A stretch of 64,000 nt of DNA from Candidatus Daviesbacteria bacterium (lineage in GTDB: Bacteria; Patescibacteriota; Microgenomatia; Daviesbacterales; UBA10151), in NCBI GenBank assembly GCA_016432425.1, contig CP066688.1:276368-340367 (forward strand), written 5' to 3'. Numbering within the stretch: position 1 is the stretch's first letter; every line of letters starts with the position of its first letter. This document shows positions 30,894 to 41,055 of this stretch, one piece after another. Position numbers and translations under genes: made by a program. A model generated the notes under the pieces. The model did not search any database. It saw only the letters and a list, made by a program, of their open reading frames with translations, and was not told the DNA's origin.

Positions 30894-31163
30894 TTATCTT
30901 GATAATCCGAGCTTTTCTATGACAAGCTTATACCTTGCTTCTTCTTTTTTGGCTAGATACTGCAGTAATCTTCTTCTTTTGTTGACCATGGAAAGCAGTC
31001 CTCTTCGTGAATGCACATCATGAGGGTGCTCTTTTAAATGAGCTGTCAGATTTTTAATCTGTTCTGTCAGCAGCGCCACTTGCACTTCCGGAGAACCGGT
31101 ATCACCTTTTTTGGTGGCAAACTCTTTTATTATCTCTTGTTTCTTTTTAGTATCTAGTGGCAT
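30894..31163 (-). CDS. rpsO: 30S ribosomal protein S15
   Basis: [13 protein letters not shown] and [10 protein letters not shown] motifs. Confidence 0.99.
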   Translation of the reverse strand: MPLDTKKKQEIIKEFATKKGDTGSPEVQVALLTEQIKNLTAHLKEHPHDVHSRRGLLSMVNKRRRLLQYLAKKEEARYKLVIEKLGLSR

Positions 31164-31257
31164 CTTTACTCCTTAAAGATCCAACCTCGGTGCCAAGACG
31201 TTGTTCTTTGTTGGGCCCAAGTATAACAGAAATTATAAAGATATGCAACCGCTTTAA

Positions 31258-32331
31258 TTAACCACCATTTCCTTTAAAAATCTTGGGGGTCAGCCAGCCT
31301 GGCTCAATTTCATTTTCCGACACTACTGTTTCCATACTGGGCCTCTCTTCCGGAGAAGAGTTGCCTGGCTGAGAAATGGGCGCAGAATTTACTCCCACTA
31401 CCGGAGGGTTGACAAACGGCTCATTAGTAATAGGGTTAATGTTTAAAGAGGGTGGAGCCGGAACCACCGGAGTAGGTTGCACAATAGGTTGAGGACTAAC
31501 TGGAGCAGGTTGATTGGGCATGAGGCCGCTTAAATCTAAACCACCAGTTTGTAGCTGTTGACTTAAGGCCGGTTTTTGACCACCTTTTTGCAGTAGCTGT
31601 GAAACAGCCATAAAAGTATCCGCGTTAACTTTATTACTTGTTAAATTAGCTGTACCATCAAAAATTCCTGCCAGCAGATTAGTCGCTACATCTTGATCAA
31701 TATTTAAACCCAAGGAATTTAACAATACAGCAACCATCTCTGAAATAGAGGCGGCAGAGGGATCAACTATATTAGTTTGACCAAAGTTAGCGTTTGCTTC
31801 GCTGTCAATATTGACTAAATGTACTCCGGAAAAAATTGTCTGGTTAGTATAAACTGCTCCTAAACTGTTTAAATTGGCTGCCCCCAAAACAAAAATTAAC
31901 TCCGGCCTACCACCTTGGTAACGGGGGACAATTTTGGTGGGCTGAAGCGGGCTGCTGTTGGTACGGAAAATTAGTTCCATATTGCCGGCTGTAGTATTGT
32001 AATCAATATTAGTTAGATTGGGCACTTTCCAGCCTGTTTCCGAAGTAGTATCCGGTACCGCTACCCCTTCCAGAGTCACTATCAAATCTCCCCCACCTAC
32101 TTCTGGCAAGGTTTGCTGTACTTGATCTACCCCAAAAAGATGAGCTTGGGATACCCGCATGGTATCTTCCCCCACAATAGAAATTTCATATCCTGCTTGT
32201 TTTAAGGATAAATATAAGGATAACCCAGCAGCCAGTTTATCAATATTTACTCCCACTGGCAGTGCAATGAGAATATTTTTGGCTGAAGGCAGTAAGTTTT
32301 TAATTTCACCCACTAGTCCCATAACTTGCAT
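31258..32331 (-). CDS. DHH/NrnA-like protein with degenerate catalytic motifs
   Basis: Layout NILIALP...LVNIDSE...ASISEMV...ATNLLAGIF resembles DHH phosphoesterases, but DHH is replaced by DSE; Pro-rich tail. Confidence 0.7.
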   Translation of the reverse strand: MQVMGLVGEIKNLLPSAKNILIALPVGVNIDKLAAGLSLYLSLKQAGYEISIVGEDTMRVSQAHLFGVDQVQQTLPEVGGGDLIVTLEGVAVPDTTSETGWKVPNLTNIDYNTTAGNMELIFRTNSSPLQPTKIVPRYQGGRPELIFVLGAANLNSLGAVYTNQTIFSGVHLVNIDSEANANFGQTNIVDPSAASISEMVAVLLNSLGLNIDQDVATNLLAGIFDGTANLTSNKVNADTFMAVSQLLQKGGQKPALSQQLQTGGLDLSGLMPNQPAPVSPQPIVQPTPVVPAPPSLNINPITNEPFVNPPVVGVNSAPISQPGNSSPEERPSMETVVSENEIEPGWLTPKIFKGNGG

Positions 32332-32362
32332 GAGGGCATTTTACCTCGCAACTTCTCTAAAA

Positions 32363-33835
32363 TCAAATCACCCGGAATGATTCTACAAAATCTCCAATAT
32401 GGAAATCTACTTTTGGATCAAAAATGATGCCACAATCACTACCTTTTTCTACCCGGTTGACTTCTTCTTTAACCTTTTTTAAAGATTTAATTTTAACTTC
32501 TGCTAAAATTTGGCTATCTCTCATCACTCGTAGTTTATGTCCTTTCGCAATCGCACCCTCTAACATCCGGCAGCCGGCAATTTTTTCTGCCTTGCCAAAA
32601 GGGAACTCAGCAATAATTTCTGCCCTGCCTAAAACCTCCTCCAATTGACCCACTTTTAACATCCCCTCTACCACATCTTCTATTTCCTCAATTAATTCAT
32701 AGATTACGTTATATACTCTGACCAAAACTTGTTCCACCTCAGCCAGCTTTTCTGCTGCCGGAGCTACTTTAACATTAAAACCCACCACAATAGCCCGCAC
32801 AGAAAAGGCCAGTTTAATATCTGATTCAGAAATATCCCCCATACCGCCACTAACAATATCCACTACAGCTATTTCTTGGTTAAATTTCTCTAAAGCATCC
32901 TCAATTGCCTCCAGTGAACCCTGTTTATCTGCCTTAATAATGATTTTCAAAATTTTAACATCTCCTTGCCTTAATTTATCTACCAAACTTTGAGATCCTG
33001 AACCAAGTTCAGGATGACCGTCTAAACGTGCCTGTTTTGATATCTCTTCTCCCAACACTGCTCCCACAGCCGGCACTGCCTCCATTCCTAACACCTCCAC
33101 CGGAGTGGAGGGACCAGCGCTCTCTACCAGCTTACCGCTATAATCGAACATCCCGCGAATTTTACCTTTCACTCCTCCCACCAAAATTTGCTCACCTTTT
33201 TTCAAGGTACCGGTCCTAACTAGAATAGTGGCCACTGCCCCCCTGAACTTATCTAAACTGGATTCAATGACTACTCCTGTAGCGGGAAAATTAGGGTCAC
33301 CTTTAATTTCATTTAGTTCTGCTACTACCTCAATCATTTCCAGTAGTTTATCTATTCCTTCACCAGTTTTAGCAGATACTGGAATGAAAGGTGTATCTCC
33401 TCCGTATTCTTCAATTAAAATCTCTTGATCAGATAATTGTTTTTTAATCCGTTCCAGTTGGACTTTTAGATCAACTCCCGGTAAATCAATCTTGGTTACG
33501 GCCACTATCAAAGGAATTTTTGCTTCTTTAATATGCTTAATCGCTTCCGTGGTTTGAGGCATCACTCCATCGTCTGCTGCTATAACCAGTACTGCAATAT
33601 CAGCCACCTTTGCCCCTCTTGATCTCATCTTCTCAAAAGCAGCATGACCAGGAGTATCAATAAAAGTGATCAGCTTACCATCATGTTCTACCTGATAAGC
33701 TCCAATATGCTGGGTAATTCCGCCATGTTCTTTAGCAGCTACAGAAGATTTGCGAATATAATCTAATAGGGTAGTTTTACCATGATCAACATGGCCCAGG
33801 ATGGTTACTATTGGTGGTCGTGAATGTTGTGCCAT
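32363..33835 (-). CDS. infB: Translation initiation factor IF-2 (short form)
   Basis: RPPIVTILGHVDHGKTTLLD, GGITQHIGAY and DTPGHAAF motifs. Confidence 0.98.
   Translation of the reverse strand: MAQHSRPPIVTILGHVDHGKTTLLDYIRKSSVAAKEHGGITQHIGAYQVEHDGKLITFIDTPGHAAFEKMRSRGAKVADIAVLVIAADDGVMPQTTEAIKHIKEAKIPLIVAVTKIDLPGVDLKVQLERIKKQLSDQEILIEEYGGDTPFIPVSAKTGEGIDKLLEMIEVVAELNEIKGDPNFPATGVVIESSLDKFRGAVATILVRTGTLKKGEQILVGGVKGKIRGMFDYSGKLVESAGPSTPVEVLGMEAVPAVGAVLGEEISKQARLDGHPELGSGSQSLVDKLRQGDVKILKIIIKADKQGSLEAIEDALEKFNQEIAVVDIVSGGMGDISESDIKLAFSVRAIVVGFNVKVAPAAEKLAEVEQVLVRVYNVIYELIEEIEDVVEGMLKVGQLEEVLGRAEIIAEFPFGKAEKIAGCRMLEGAIAKGHKLRVMRDSQILAEVKIKSLKKVKEEVNRVEKGSDCGIIFDPKVDFHIGDFVESFRVI
32995..33015. 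repeat. Palindromic element in-frame inside infB (peptide HPELGSGS)
   Basis: atcctgaac-caa-gttcaggat, a perfect 9-bp stem; related hairpin at 2231-2250. Confidence 0.75.
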
Positions 33836-33861
33836 AATATTTTTCTAAACCAGCTACCATA

Positions 33862-34944
33862 TTATTTAGACTTATCATCTTCATTGGTATCCTGATTTTC
33901 GTCAGACTGCGTGGTACTAATATCATCAGCTGGTTGAGCTCCGATTTGTGGCTGCTCTTTTTGCTCCGCAGTACCTGCCGGCTCCTCTGCTCCTTCAATA
34001 TCTATTTTCCAACCTGTTAACTTGGCTGCCAAACGGACATTTTGTCCTCCCTTACCAATCGCCAAAGAAAGTTGGTCATTGGGCACTTTGACTGTGGCCA
34101 CTTTTTGTTCCTCATTCAAAGTCACAGTTACATCCTTGGCCGGAGACAGTGCTGCAGCAATAAACCTGGTAGGGTCTTCTGAGAAAGACACAATGTCAAT
34201 TTTTTCTTCCCCCAACTCTGCCATCACTGCCTGCACCCGCACCCCCTTTTGTCCCACCAGAGAACCTACCGGATCCACTCCGTCCTGGGTAGATTTAGCA
34301 GCGATTTTGGTTCTATTACCCGCTTCCCGGGCAATGACCACCACTTCCACACTGCCTGATTGAATCTCCGGCACCTCCAAGGCAAAGAGCCCTTTGACTA
34401 AACCGGGGTCAGCCCGGGACACAATCACCTGGGGACCACGCCCTGAATCTTTAATTTCTTTAATATAAAATTTTAATCTTTGTCCTTGATGGTAAAGTGC
34501 ATCTGGCACTTGTTCTGAAGGGGGCATCACTCCTTCTGCCCGGCCTAAATCAATAAAATAAGTATTACCTTCTTGGCGCTGAATTGCCCCGGAGACGATT
34601 GTGCCCACTTTTTCTTCAAACTCCCCCATAATGGCTCCTTTTTCCGCTTCATTTAACTTTTGCATGATCACTTGGCGGGCAATGGAAGCGGCAATGCGGG
34701 CAAAACCTGGGGGAGTCACATTCTCCTTATCTTTTAAGATAGAAATCTCGCCGCTAGCTGGATCGACTGTGGCAGTGAATTCTTCAAAATCCTCTGGGAT
34801 TTCCTCGTTTCTTAAGGTTAAATCTTTACGGTAAGCAGCCAGAGCGGCTGAGCGGATCGCTTCCAAAACCACGGAAACGTCGACCCCTTTTTCAGAGGCA
34901 ATTTGATTTAATGCTGCAGCAAATTCTGTTCTAGCTTGTGCCAT
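33862..34944 (-). CDS. nusA: Transcription termination factor NusA
   Basis: S1 and KH domains; AREAGNRTKIA and LSLAIGKGGQNVRLAAKLTGW. Confidence 0.98.
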   Translation of the reverse strand: MAQARTEFAAALNQIASEKGVDVSVVLEAIRSAALAAYRKDLTLRNEEIPEDFEEFTATVDPASGEISILKDKENVTPPGFARIAASIARQVIMQKLNEAEKGAIMGEFEEKVGTIVSGAIQRQEGNTYFIDLGRAEGVMPPSEQVPDALYHQGQRLKFYIKEIKDSGRGPQVIVSRADPGLVKGLFALEVPEIQSGSVEVVVIAREAGNRTKIAAKSTQDGVDPVGSLVGQKGVRVQAVMAELGEEKIDIVSFSEDPTRFIAAALSPAKDVTVTLNEEQKVATVKVPNDQLSLAIGKGGQNVRLAAKLTGWKIDIEGAEEPAGTAEQKEQPQIGAQPADDISTTQSDENQDTNEDDKSK

Positions 34945-35048
34945 AGTTTACCCTTGTCAAAAATGATCGTTTAGATCATTTTTGCAAGCGATCTCCTTCG
35001 CAAAAAACAATTAAAATATTTTAATTGTTTTTTCCTTCAGTCCGATTT

Positions 35049-35073
35049 AAAAAAGGCGGGACAAGCCCACCTT
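35049..35073 (-). promoter_or_regulatory. nusA-operon leader hairpin / attenuator-like terminator
   Basis: Minus strand AAGGTGGG-cttgt-CCCGCCTT followed by a T run, resembling the GTGGG...CCCAC hairpin commonly seen before rimP-nusA. Confidence 0.5.
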
Positions 35074-35113
35074 GGAAACCCTTTTCAAAATGTACCGCCC
35101 TTATTTTATTCTT

Positions 35114-35746
35114 TTAGTAATTGCAAGTCAAGCTTACAGGCAATCGGCCTGTCCTAGCTAGTCTGCGCTGCTGAGGTAATTTTCTCAATGCTGCTACTAA
35201 GGTTGGTGCTGCCAATTCCGCAGGAACACTATTTCCATAAATTTCCGTGGCAACTGTATCAATTTTAAGCTTATACCCATCTTTATACTGATGATATGAT
35301 TTACCTCTGTCTGTACTTATTAAAGTTATTTCCTTAGAAAAACGGCGTCTTCTAGGTGCTGTACAACGTTTCCTTCCTCTTCCTCGACTTTTACCTTTAG
35401 TACGACTGAGAAACTCCTTTAAATTACACCTTTTATAGACGGGATTATTTACCAGATTTTCTCTAGCCACTTCTTGGCAACATTCTTCTTCATATCTTCT
35501 CATAGATTCTTGCCCAAGCTCGTACCATTCTTCCCACTGCGGATCTATTTCTTCTTCAAAATCTGCATTTAACCCTTCTTCAGGCTCAAATCCTTCCAAG
35601 GCCAGAAGATAAGACTCATCATCCATGCTCAGTAGTGGCGGGTCATACAGATCAAATCTAACCAAATTACTGGCAGTTTGGGGCTTGGGATCAAACCTTT
35701 TTAAAACTTCTACCACCATAAAATCACTTTTACTATAAAAGGCCAA
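35114..35746 (-). CDS. Hypothetical protein with acidic then basic tracts
   Basis: 210-aa ATG ORF; no recognisable family. Confidence 0.45.
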   Translation of the reverse strand: MAFYSKSDFMVVEVLKRFDPKPQTASNLVRFDLYDPPLLSMDDESYLLALEGFEPEEGLNADFEEEIDPQWEEWYELGQESMRRYEEECCQEVARENLVNNPVYKRCNLKEFLSRTKGKSRGRGRKRCTAPRRRRFSKEITLISTDRGKSYHQYKDGYKLKIDTVATEIYGNSVPAELAAPTLVAALRKLPQQRRLARTGRLPVSLTCNY

Positions 35747-35807
35747 TTACAGCATTGTAAAGATATCAATTTCGTTCAACCTCTTTACAAGATCTGTATA
35801 ATAATTC

Positions 35808-36878
35808 TTGGGTCAAAATATGCATGAGCGAGCGCTACACCACGAACTAGGATTAGATTTATTACGAGCCACTGAAGCAGCTGCCATTGCCTCAGCCCAA
35901 ACCATGGGCCAAGGAGACCGACATTTATCAGACAGAGCCGCAGTCGAGGCCATGCGGGAAGTTTTAGATACCATTTTTATGAAGGGAGAGATCGTTATCG
36001 GAGAAGGCGAACGGGACAAAGCCCCCATGTTGTATATCGGAGAACACTTAGGATTGGGTTGGAGACTTAACACTGCTGATTTAAATGGTCTTATCTTTCC
36101 AGGAGTACATATTGCCGTTGATCCTCTGGAAGGAACTAACCTCTGCGCCCTCGGCCAACCCGGGGCCATCACCACCATTGCCGCAGCTGAACCAGGAGGG
36201 CTACTGGGAGCTCCTGATATCTATATGGAAAAGCTAATTGTGGGCCCAGCAGCCAGGGGCAAAGTAGAGCTGGAAGCTCCTGTCAAACATAATTTAGGTA
36301 TCATTGCCTCTTCTTTGGACCGCAGAATAGAGGATTTAGTAGTGGTAGTCTTAGATAGACCAAGACACACAGATTTAGTTAAAGAAATCCGAGAGACTGG
36401 AGCCCGGATTCAATTTATTTCTGACGGAGATTTATCAGCCGGGATTAACGCGGCCATGGGAGAATCAGGGGTACACGCGGTTTTAGGGATTGGCGGTGCC
36501 CCTGAAGGAGTCTTAACTGCCGCCGCCATGAAATGTCTTAATGGTGAGGTATTAACTCGATTCTTGGTCAAAGAGCAACTAGTAGATAGAGACGACCGCA
36601 ATAAAGTCCCTGCTGATGCTGCTGCCCGGTTGCGTGATATGGGGATTAAAGATCCAGCTCAAGTTTATACCACCCAAGACCTAGCTCCAGGCCAAAAAAT
36701 TACCTTTGCTGCCACCGGAGTCACTGCCAGTACTAATCCCAGATTAAACGGGGTTAGGTTTTTCTCTGGAGGGGTACGTACTTGGTCTTTGGTCATGAAT
36801 ACTGAGTTTAAACAGGTTACCTATGTAGATAGGGTACATATGGATAAAGATAACCCTAATGTGGTAGTCAGACTCTAA
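35808..36878 (+). CDS. glpX: Class II fructose-1,6-bisphosphatase
   Basis: [31 protein letters not shown] and GIGGAPEGV motifs. Confidence 0.96.
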   Translation: MGQNMHERALHHELGLDLLRATEAAAIASAQTMGQGDRHLSDRAAVEAMREVLDTIFMKGEIVIGEGERDKAPMLYIGEHLGLGWRLNTADLNGLIFPGVHIAVDPLEGTNLCALGQPGAITTIAAAEPGGLLGAPDIYMEKLIVGPAARGKVELEAPVKHNLGIIASSLDRRIEDLVVVVLDRPRHTDLVKEIRETGARIQFISDGDLSAGINAAMGESGVHAVLGIGGAPEGVLTAAAMKCLNGEVLTRFLVKEQLVDRDDRNKVPADAAARLRDMGIKDPAQVYTTQDLAPGQKITFAATGVTASTNPRLNGVRFFSGGVRTWSLVMNTEFKQVTYVDRVHMDKDNPNVVVRL

Positions 36879-36885
36879 AAACTAA

Positions 36886-37839
36886 CTAAAACCAGCCTTT
36901 TTTCTTTTTACTTAAGTTATAAAGTTCTTCATAAAGCTGTTTTTCTTCTTTAGAAGGGTTTTGAGGTACGGCCAGGTTAACTCTGACAAAATGGTCTCCA
37001 TGGCCACTACCATTTATCTTGAGTATTCCCTTACCTTTTAATCTGACTAATGATCCAGGCTGGGTGCCTGGGGGGACTTTTACTTTTACTTTCCCTTGAA
37101 TGGTTTCTACCTCAAAAACATCTCCTAAAACCAGCTGGGGAATATTGACAGTAATTTCTGAGAAAATATCTGCTCCTTCCCGCAAGAATTTACTGCTTCT
37201 GCCCACATTAAAAACAATATCTAAATCCCCAAACCTCATTCTGGTACCATTATCCACTCCTGCCGGGACCTTAATTTTTAGTCTTTTGGTTTTAACTACC
37301 CCCTTAGCATCCCTTTCTTGGATGCCAATTTCTTTAGTGACCCCTTTGGCTGCTTCCTCAAAGGTAAGGTTTAGCTGATAAGTGGGGCGCCTCCTAAATC
37401 CGGCGCCAAATCCTCCCATGCCAAAAATTTGTTCAAACAGCTCAAATGGGTCCTCAAAACCTCCAAAATCAAACTGGATATTGGGATTACCACCAGAGGA
37501 TGACCAGGAATATTGCTGCCAGCCACCTCCAAATGGATTCCCGCCCTGAGCACCGCCGAAGGGTCCTCCCCCAAAAGGCCCACCAGTTCCGGCTTGCCCT
37601 GAGCGTGCCGAAGGGTCAAAGGCAGCATGGCCAAATTGGTCATAAGCTCCCTTTTTTTGAGGGTCAGACAAAACCTGGTAGGCTTCCCCTACCTCCTTAA
37701 ACCTTTCTGCAGCTCCGGCAGATTTATCTATATCAGGATGGTGTCTCCTGGCCAGCCTTCTATAAGCAGACTTTATCTCCTCAGCAGAGGCTGATTTATT
37801 AACTCCCAGAATCTCGTAGTAATCACGCTTAGCTGCCAT
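36886..37839 (-). CDS. dnaJ: DnaJ-family chaperone without zinc finger (class B)
   Basis: J domain with HPD, G/F-rich region and C-terminal domain; no CxxCxGxG repeats. Confidence 0.92.
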   Translation of the reverse strand: MAAKRDYYEILGVNKSASAEEIKSAYRRLARRHHPDIDKSAGAAERFKEVGEAYQVLSDPQKKGAYDQFGHAAFDPSARSGQAGTGGPFGGGPFGGAQGGNPFGGGWQQYSWSSSGGNPNIQFDFGGFEDPFELFEQIFGMGGFGAGFRRRPTYQLNLTFEEAAKGVTKEIGIQERDAKGVVKTKRLKIKVPAGVDNGTRMRFGDLDIVFNVGRSSKFLREGADIFSEITVNIPQLVLGDVFEVETIQGKVKVKVPPGTQPGSLVRLKGKGILKINGSGHGDHFVRVNLAVPQNPSKEEKQLYEELYNLSKKKKGWF

Positions 37840-37913
37840 CTTTTACTCCTTTTAAAACTACATGGACTTTACTGTGTCCTACTTTAGTAATTATATTATT
37901 CATAAAGGGAATT

Positions 37914-37940
37914 ATAGCAGTCTATACCCAAAAGTGCTAG
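37914..37940. promoter_or_regulatory. CIRCE-like HrcA operator upstream of dnaJ
   Basis: ATAGCAGTC-N9-AAGTGCTAG versus consensus TTAGCACTC-N9-GAGTGCTAA. Confidence 0.7.
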
Positions 37941-37955
37941 TTAGTTAAATTGAAG

Positions 37956-38387
37956 TTATTTTTGTTTTTCTAAAAATTCATTGATGGCTCTAACAAATTC
38001 CCTTAAATCATCTAGACCAACATTAGCAGACTCAGTTAAAATATCTAAATCTACCTCAAGATACATATGCACTAAAACATTTCTAAGTCCAACAGCTTTC
38101 CCTAACCTTTCTGATAAATCCTCAGTAATGATATTTTTTTTATCTAACAGGGGAAATAAATCCCTAGCATATTCAGGCATACCTAAATTTAAACCAGAAA
38201 CAATATGCTCCGCTATATTGATAACCATCTCAATAGCAACCTGTATACGATGTTTAGTAGCATCAGTAAATATTAAATTTTCCTCTTCATTTAAAGCCTC
38301 TCTGGTAACATGGCTATCAGCAATTATCTTAATTTCTCCCTCCAGGTAACGCAGAATATGATCAATAGTCTTTCTATTAATAGCCAT
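37956..38387 (-). CDS. HEPN (DUF86/HepT-like) toxin
   Basis: RNVLVHMY matches the RX4HXY RNase motif; overlaps the upstream MNT gene. Confidence 0.9.
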   Translation of the reverse strand: MAINRKTIDHILRYLEGEIKIIADSHVTREALNEEENLIFTDATKHRIQVAIEMVINIAEHIVSGLNLGMPEYARDLFPLLDKKNIITEDLSERLGKAVGLRNVLVHMYLEVDLDILTESANVGLDDLREFVRAINEFLEKQK

Positions 38388-38799
38388 AGGTTCCTTCTCT
38401 AATTCTTTTTTTCATATAATCATAATCTATATCCCTCAGCCTTTGAGTGTCAAAAAACTCTCTCATAACAGCCACTTCAAATTCAATCCTTTTTGTCTCA
38501 TCCTCACTGTAGATATTTTCTCCTTGAATTACATTCATTAAAAATACCGGCGATTCTTTTAAACTTATCTCTCTTATCTCAGGTTCTGCTTTAAGACTCA
38601 ATTTTGGAAATTCTGAATATAATTTTCCTAATCTTCTATAAAGGTCAACTTCCCCGTTAAATAACACGGCAATATCCAGATCACTTCCTTGATGTGGAGT
38701 TCCAGAAGCAAATGAACCATATAAATAGACAACCACTACATCTTTTTGAGAGGCAAAATAATCTTGAATTTTTTCAATATCAGATTCATTTAATTTCAT
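38377..38799 (-). CDS. Minimal nucleotidyltransferase (MntA-like) antitoxin
   Basis: YLYGSFASG...SDLDIAV matches the GSX10DXD motif. Confidence 0.9.
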   Translation of the reverse strand: MKLNESDIEKIQDYFASQKDVVVVYLYGSFASGTPHQGSDLDIAVLFNGEVDLYRRLGKLYSEFPKLSLKAEPEIREISLKESPVFLMNVIQGENIYSEDETKRIEFEVAVMREFFDTQRLRDIDYDYMKKRIREGTYGY

Positions 38800-38934
38800 G
38801 CTTTAATTTTAACACAAAGAATTACAAATTAGTCTTCCACCATTAAAAATACACTTTTGCTACGATCGTGGGATAAATGAAAATACTTGACAAACATTTA
38901 AGAAAAACTGATACTGAAAATAGGAAATAAAATC

Positions 38935-39066
38935 GTGGATAAGCAAACAAATAAAGATATAAGGGATATGATCACTGGAACAAAATATGGACTTTATGCT
39001 TTAATGGTTGTTGTAGTTATAGCTTTAATTATTTTCTTCTTTAAGTTGATCTCAGGTAAAATATAA
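38935..39066 (+). CDS. Unannotated 43-aa single-TM small protein
   Basis: GTG start; VDKQTNKDIRDMITGTKYGLYALMVVVVIALIIFFFKLISGKI*; TTGACA-N17-GATACT at 38887-38915 and an AGGA RBS-like site upstream. Confidence 0.5.
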   Translation: MDKQTNKDIRDMITGTKYGLYALMVVVVIALIIFFFKLISGKI

Positions 39067-39100
39067 TTTAGTAGACCATTTACTGTCCATTTTTAAAGCA

Positions 39101-41053
39101 TTATTCTTCTTTTTTTCCTTGTCCTGAGCTTGTCGAAGGATCTTCTTCTATCACTTCACCTTCAACAGCCTCACTTTTGTCTTCCGACTTCTGACTTCCG
39201 TCTTCCGCAGCTTCGCCAGCTGGTTGTTCTGCTGTACCCTGTCCACTGTCGCCTGTACCCTTATTCTCATACATTGCAGAGCCTACTTTTTGTAATACCT
39301 CACCTAACGCATCACCTTTTTTCTTAATGTCATCTGTATCTTCACCCTTAAGCGCTTCTTTAAGCTCGTTTAGCTTTTGCTCAACTTCAGTTCTAACTTC
39401 AGCAGAGACCTTATCTCCATTCTCTTTCAAAGTTTTTTCTGTTTGATAAACTAAACTGTCTGCAATATTTCTGGTTTCAATTCCTTCTTTTTTCTTTTTA
39501 TCTTCTTCTGCATTAGCCTCGGCCTCTTTGGTCATCTTTTCCACTTCAGCTTTATCAAGTCCTGTGGAACCTGTGATAGTGATATTTTGTTTTTTGCCGG
39601 TGGTTTTATCATGAGCTGTGACATTTAAAATTCCATTAGCATCAATATCAAAAGTTACCTCCACTTGCGGCACGCCTCTTGGGGCTGGTGGAATTCCATC
39701 TAAGGTAAACCTGCCCAAAGATTTATTATCAGCTGCCATTTCCCTCTCTCCTTGCAGCACATTAATCTCCACAGAGGTTTGATTATCTGCAGCTGTTGAG
39801 AACACTTCAGATTTAGAAGAAGGAATAGTGGTGTTTCTGTTTATTAAAGGAGTTCGGACACCACCCAAAGTTTCAATACCCAAAGTTAAAGGAGTCACAT
39901 CCAAAAGCAGCACATCTTTAACTTCCCCACCCAAAACTCCTCCCTGAATAGCAGCTCCCACAGCCACCACTTCATCCGGATTTATACCTTTATGCGGCTC
40001 TTTACCAAAGAAATCCTGGACTGCTTTTTGAACAGATGGCATTCTGGTCATTCCTCCAACCAAAACTACCTCATCAACATCTTTAGATTCCAGCTTGGCA
40101 TCTTTCATGGCAGATTTTACAGCATCAAAGGATTTATCAATTAACGGCTTAACCATTACTTCAAGCTTGGCCCGGGAGAGTTTCATTTCCAAATGCTTTG
40201 GACCGGAATCGCTGGCAGTTACAAATGGAATACTAATTTCTGCCTCCATTGAAGAAGAAAGCTCAATTTTGGCTTTTTCAGCTGCATCCCGCAGCCTTTG
40301 CAAAGCCTGTTTATCACCCTTAAGATCAATCCCTTCAGTCTTTTTAAACTCATCTGCCAGCCAGTCTAAAATTATCTGGTCAAAATCATCTCCACCTAAA
40401 TGAGTATCACCGTTGGTGCTTTTTACCTCAATTACCCCATCACCCAGCTCCAAAATGGAGATATCAAAAGTGCCTCCTCCTAAATCATAGACAGCAATGG
40501 TATGGGCATGGGATTTATCCAGACCATAAGCTAAGGCTGCAGCTGTTGGTTCATTAATAATTCTCTGCACATTCAGCCCGGCAATTTCCCCGGCCTGTTT
40601 GGTGGCCTGCCTCCCTGCATCATCAAAATAGGCAGGCACAGTAATCACCGCATCTGTCACTTTTTCCCCTAAGTAAGATTCAACATCAGCTTTAATTTTT
40701 TGTAAAATTTGGGCAGAAATTTCCTGGGGGGTATAGTCGTGGCCTTCTACCTCCACCACAGCCATGTTATTTTTACCGGACTTGATGGTGTAGGGCAGCC
40801 ACTCTTTATCTCTTTTGACTTCCGGGTCATCAAATTTTCTACCCATTAGCCTTTTAATAGAGAAGATAGTTTCCTGAGGGTTTACCACAGCCTGCCTTTT
40901 AGCCACCCTGCCCACCACATTTTTCAGGGGATTAACCACCGAGGGGATAATATTTTCCCCCTCGTGAGAGTGGACCACTTTGGGCTTTCCGCCCTCCATC
41001 ACTGCCACAGCAGAATTAGTTGTACCTAAATCAATTCCCACTATCTTACTCAT
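39101..41053 (-). CDS. dnaK: Chaperone DnaK
   Basis: [17 protein letters not shown] and [15 protein letters not shown] motifs. Confidence 0.99.
   Translation of the reverse strand: MSKIVGIDLGTTNSAVAVMEGGKPKVVHSHEGENIIPSVVNPLKNVVGRVAKRQAVVNPQETIFSIKRLMGRKFDDPEVKRDKEWLPYTIKSGKNNMAVVEVEGHDYTPQEISAQILQKIKADVESYLGEKVTDAVITVPAYFDDAGRQATKQAGEIAGLNVQRIINEPTAAALAYGLDKSHAHTIAVYDLGGGTFDISILELGDGVIEVKSTNGDTHLGGDDFDQIILDWLADEFKKTEGIDLKGDKQALQRLRDAAEKAKIELSSSMEAEISIPFVTASDSGPKHLEMKLSRAKLEVMVKPLIDKSFDAVKSAMKDAKLESKDVDEVVLVGGMTRMPSVQKAVQDFFGKEPHKGINPDEVVAVGAAIQGGVLGGEVKDVLLLDVTPLTLGIETLGGVRTPLINRNTTIPSSKSEVFSTAADNQTSVEINVLQGEREMAADNKSLGRFTLDGIPPAPRGVPQVEVTFDIDANGILNVTAHDKTTGKKQNITITGSTGLDKAEVEKMTKEAEANAEEDKKKKEGIETRNIADSLVYQTEKTLKENGDKVSAEVRTEVEQKLNELKEALKGEDTDDIKKKGDALGEVLQKVGSAMYENKGTGDSGQGTAEQPAGEAAEDGSQKSEDKSEAVEGEVIEEDPSTSSGQGKKEE
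39119..39140. repeat. REP-like hairpin in-frame in dnaK (PSTSSGQ)
   Basis: ttgtcctgagcttgtcgaagga; the same 22 bp occurs at 41584-41605 in grpE. Confidence 0.9.
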
Positions 41054-41055
41054 AA

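Noticed and set aside
31164-31230. S15 autoregulatory leader RNA upstream of rpsO
   Set aside because: Some pairing is possible (ccaac/gttgg), but I cannot match it to a known family without covariance analysis.
38800-38880. Possible displaced dnaK end (GTG GAA GAC TAA) upstream of the MNT gene
   Set aside because: Only three codons of weak similarity, with no adjoining hairpin.
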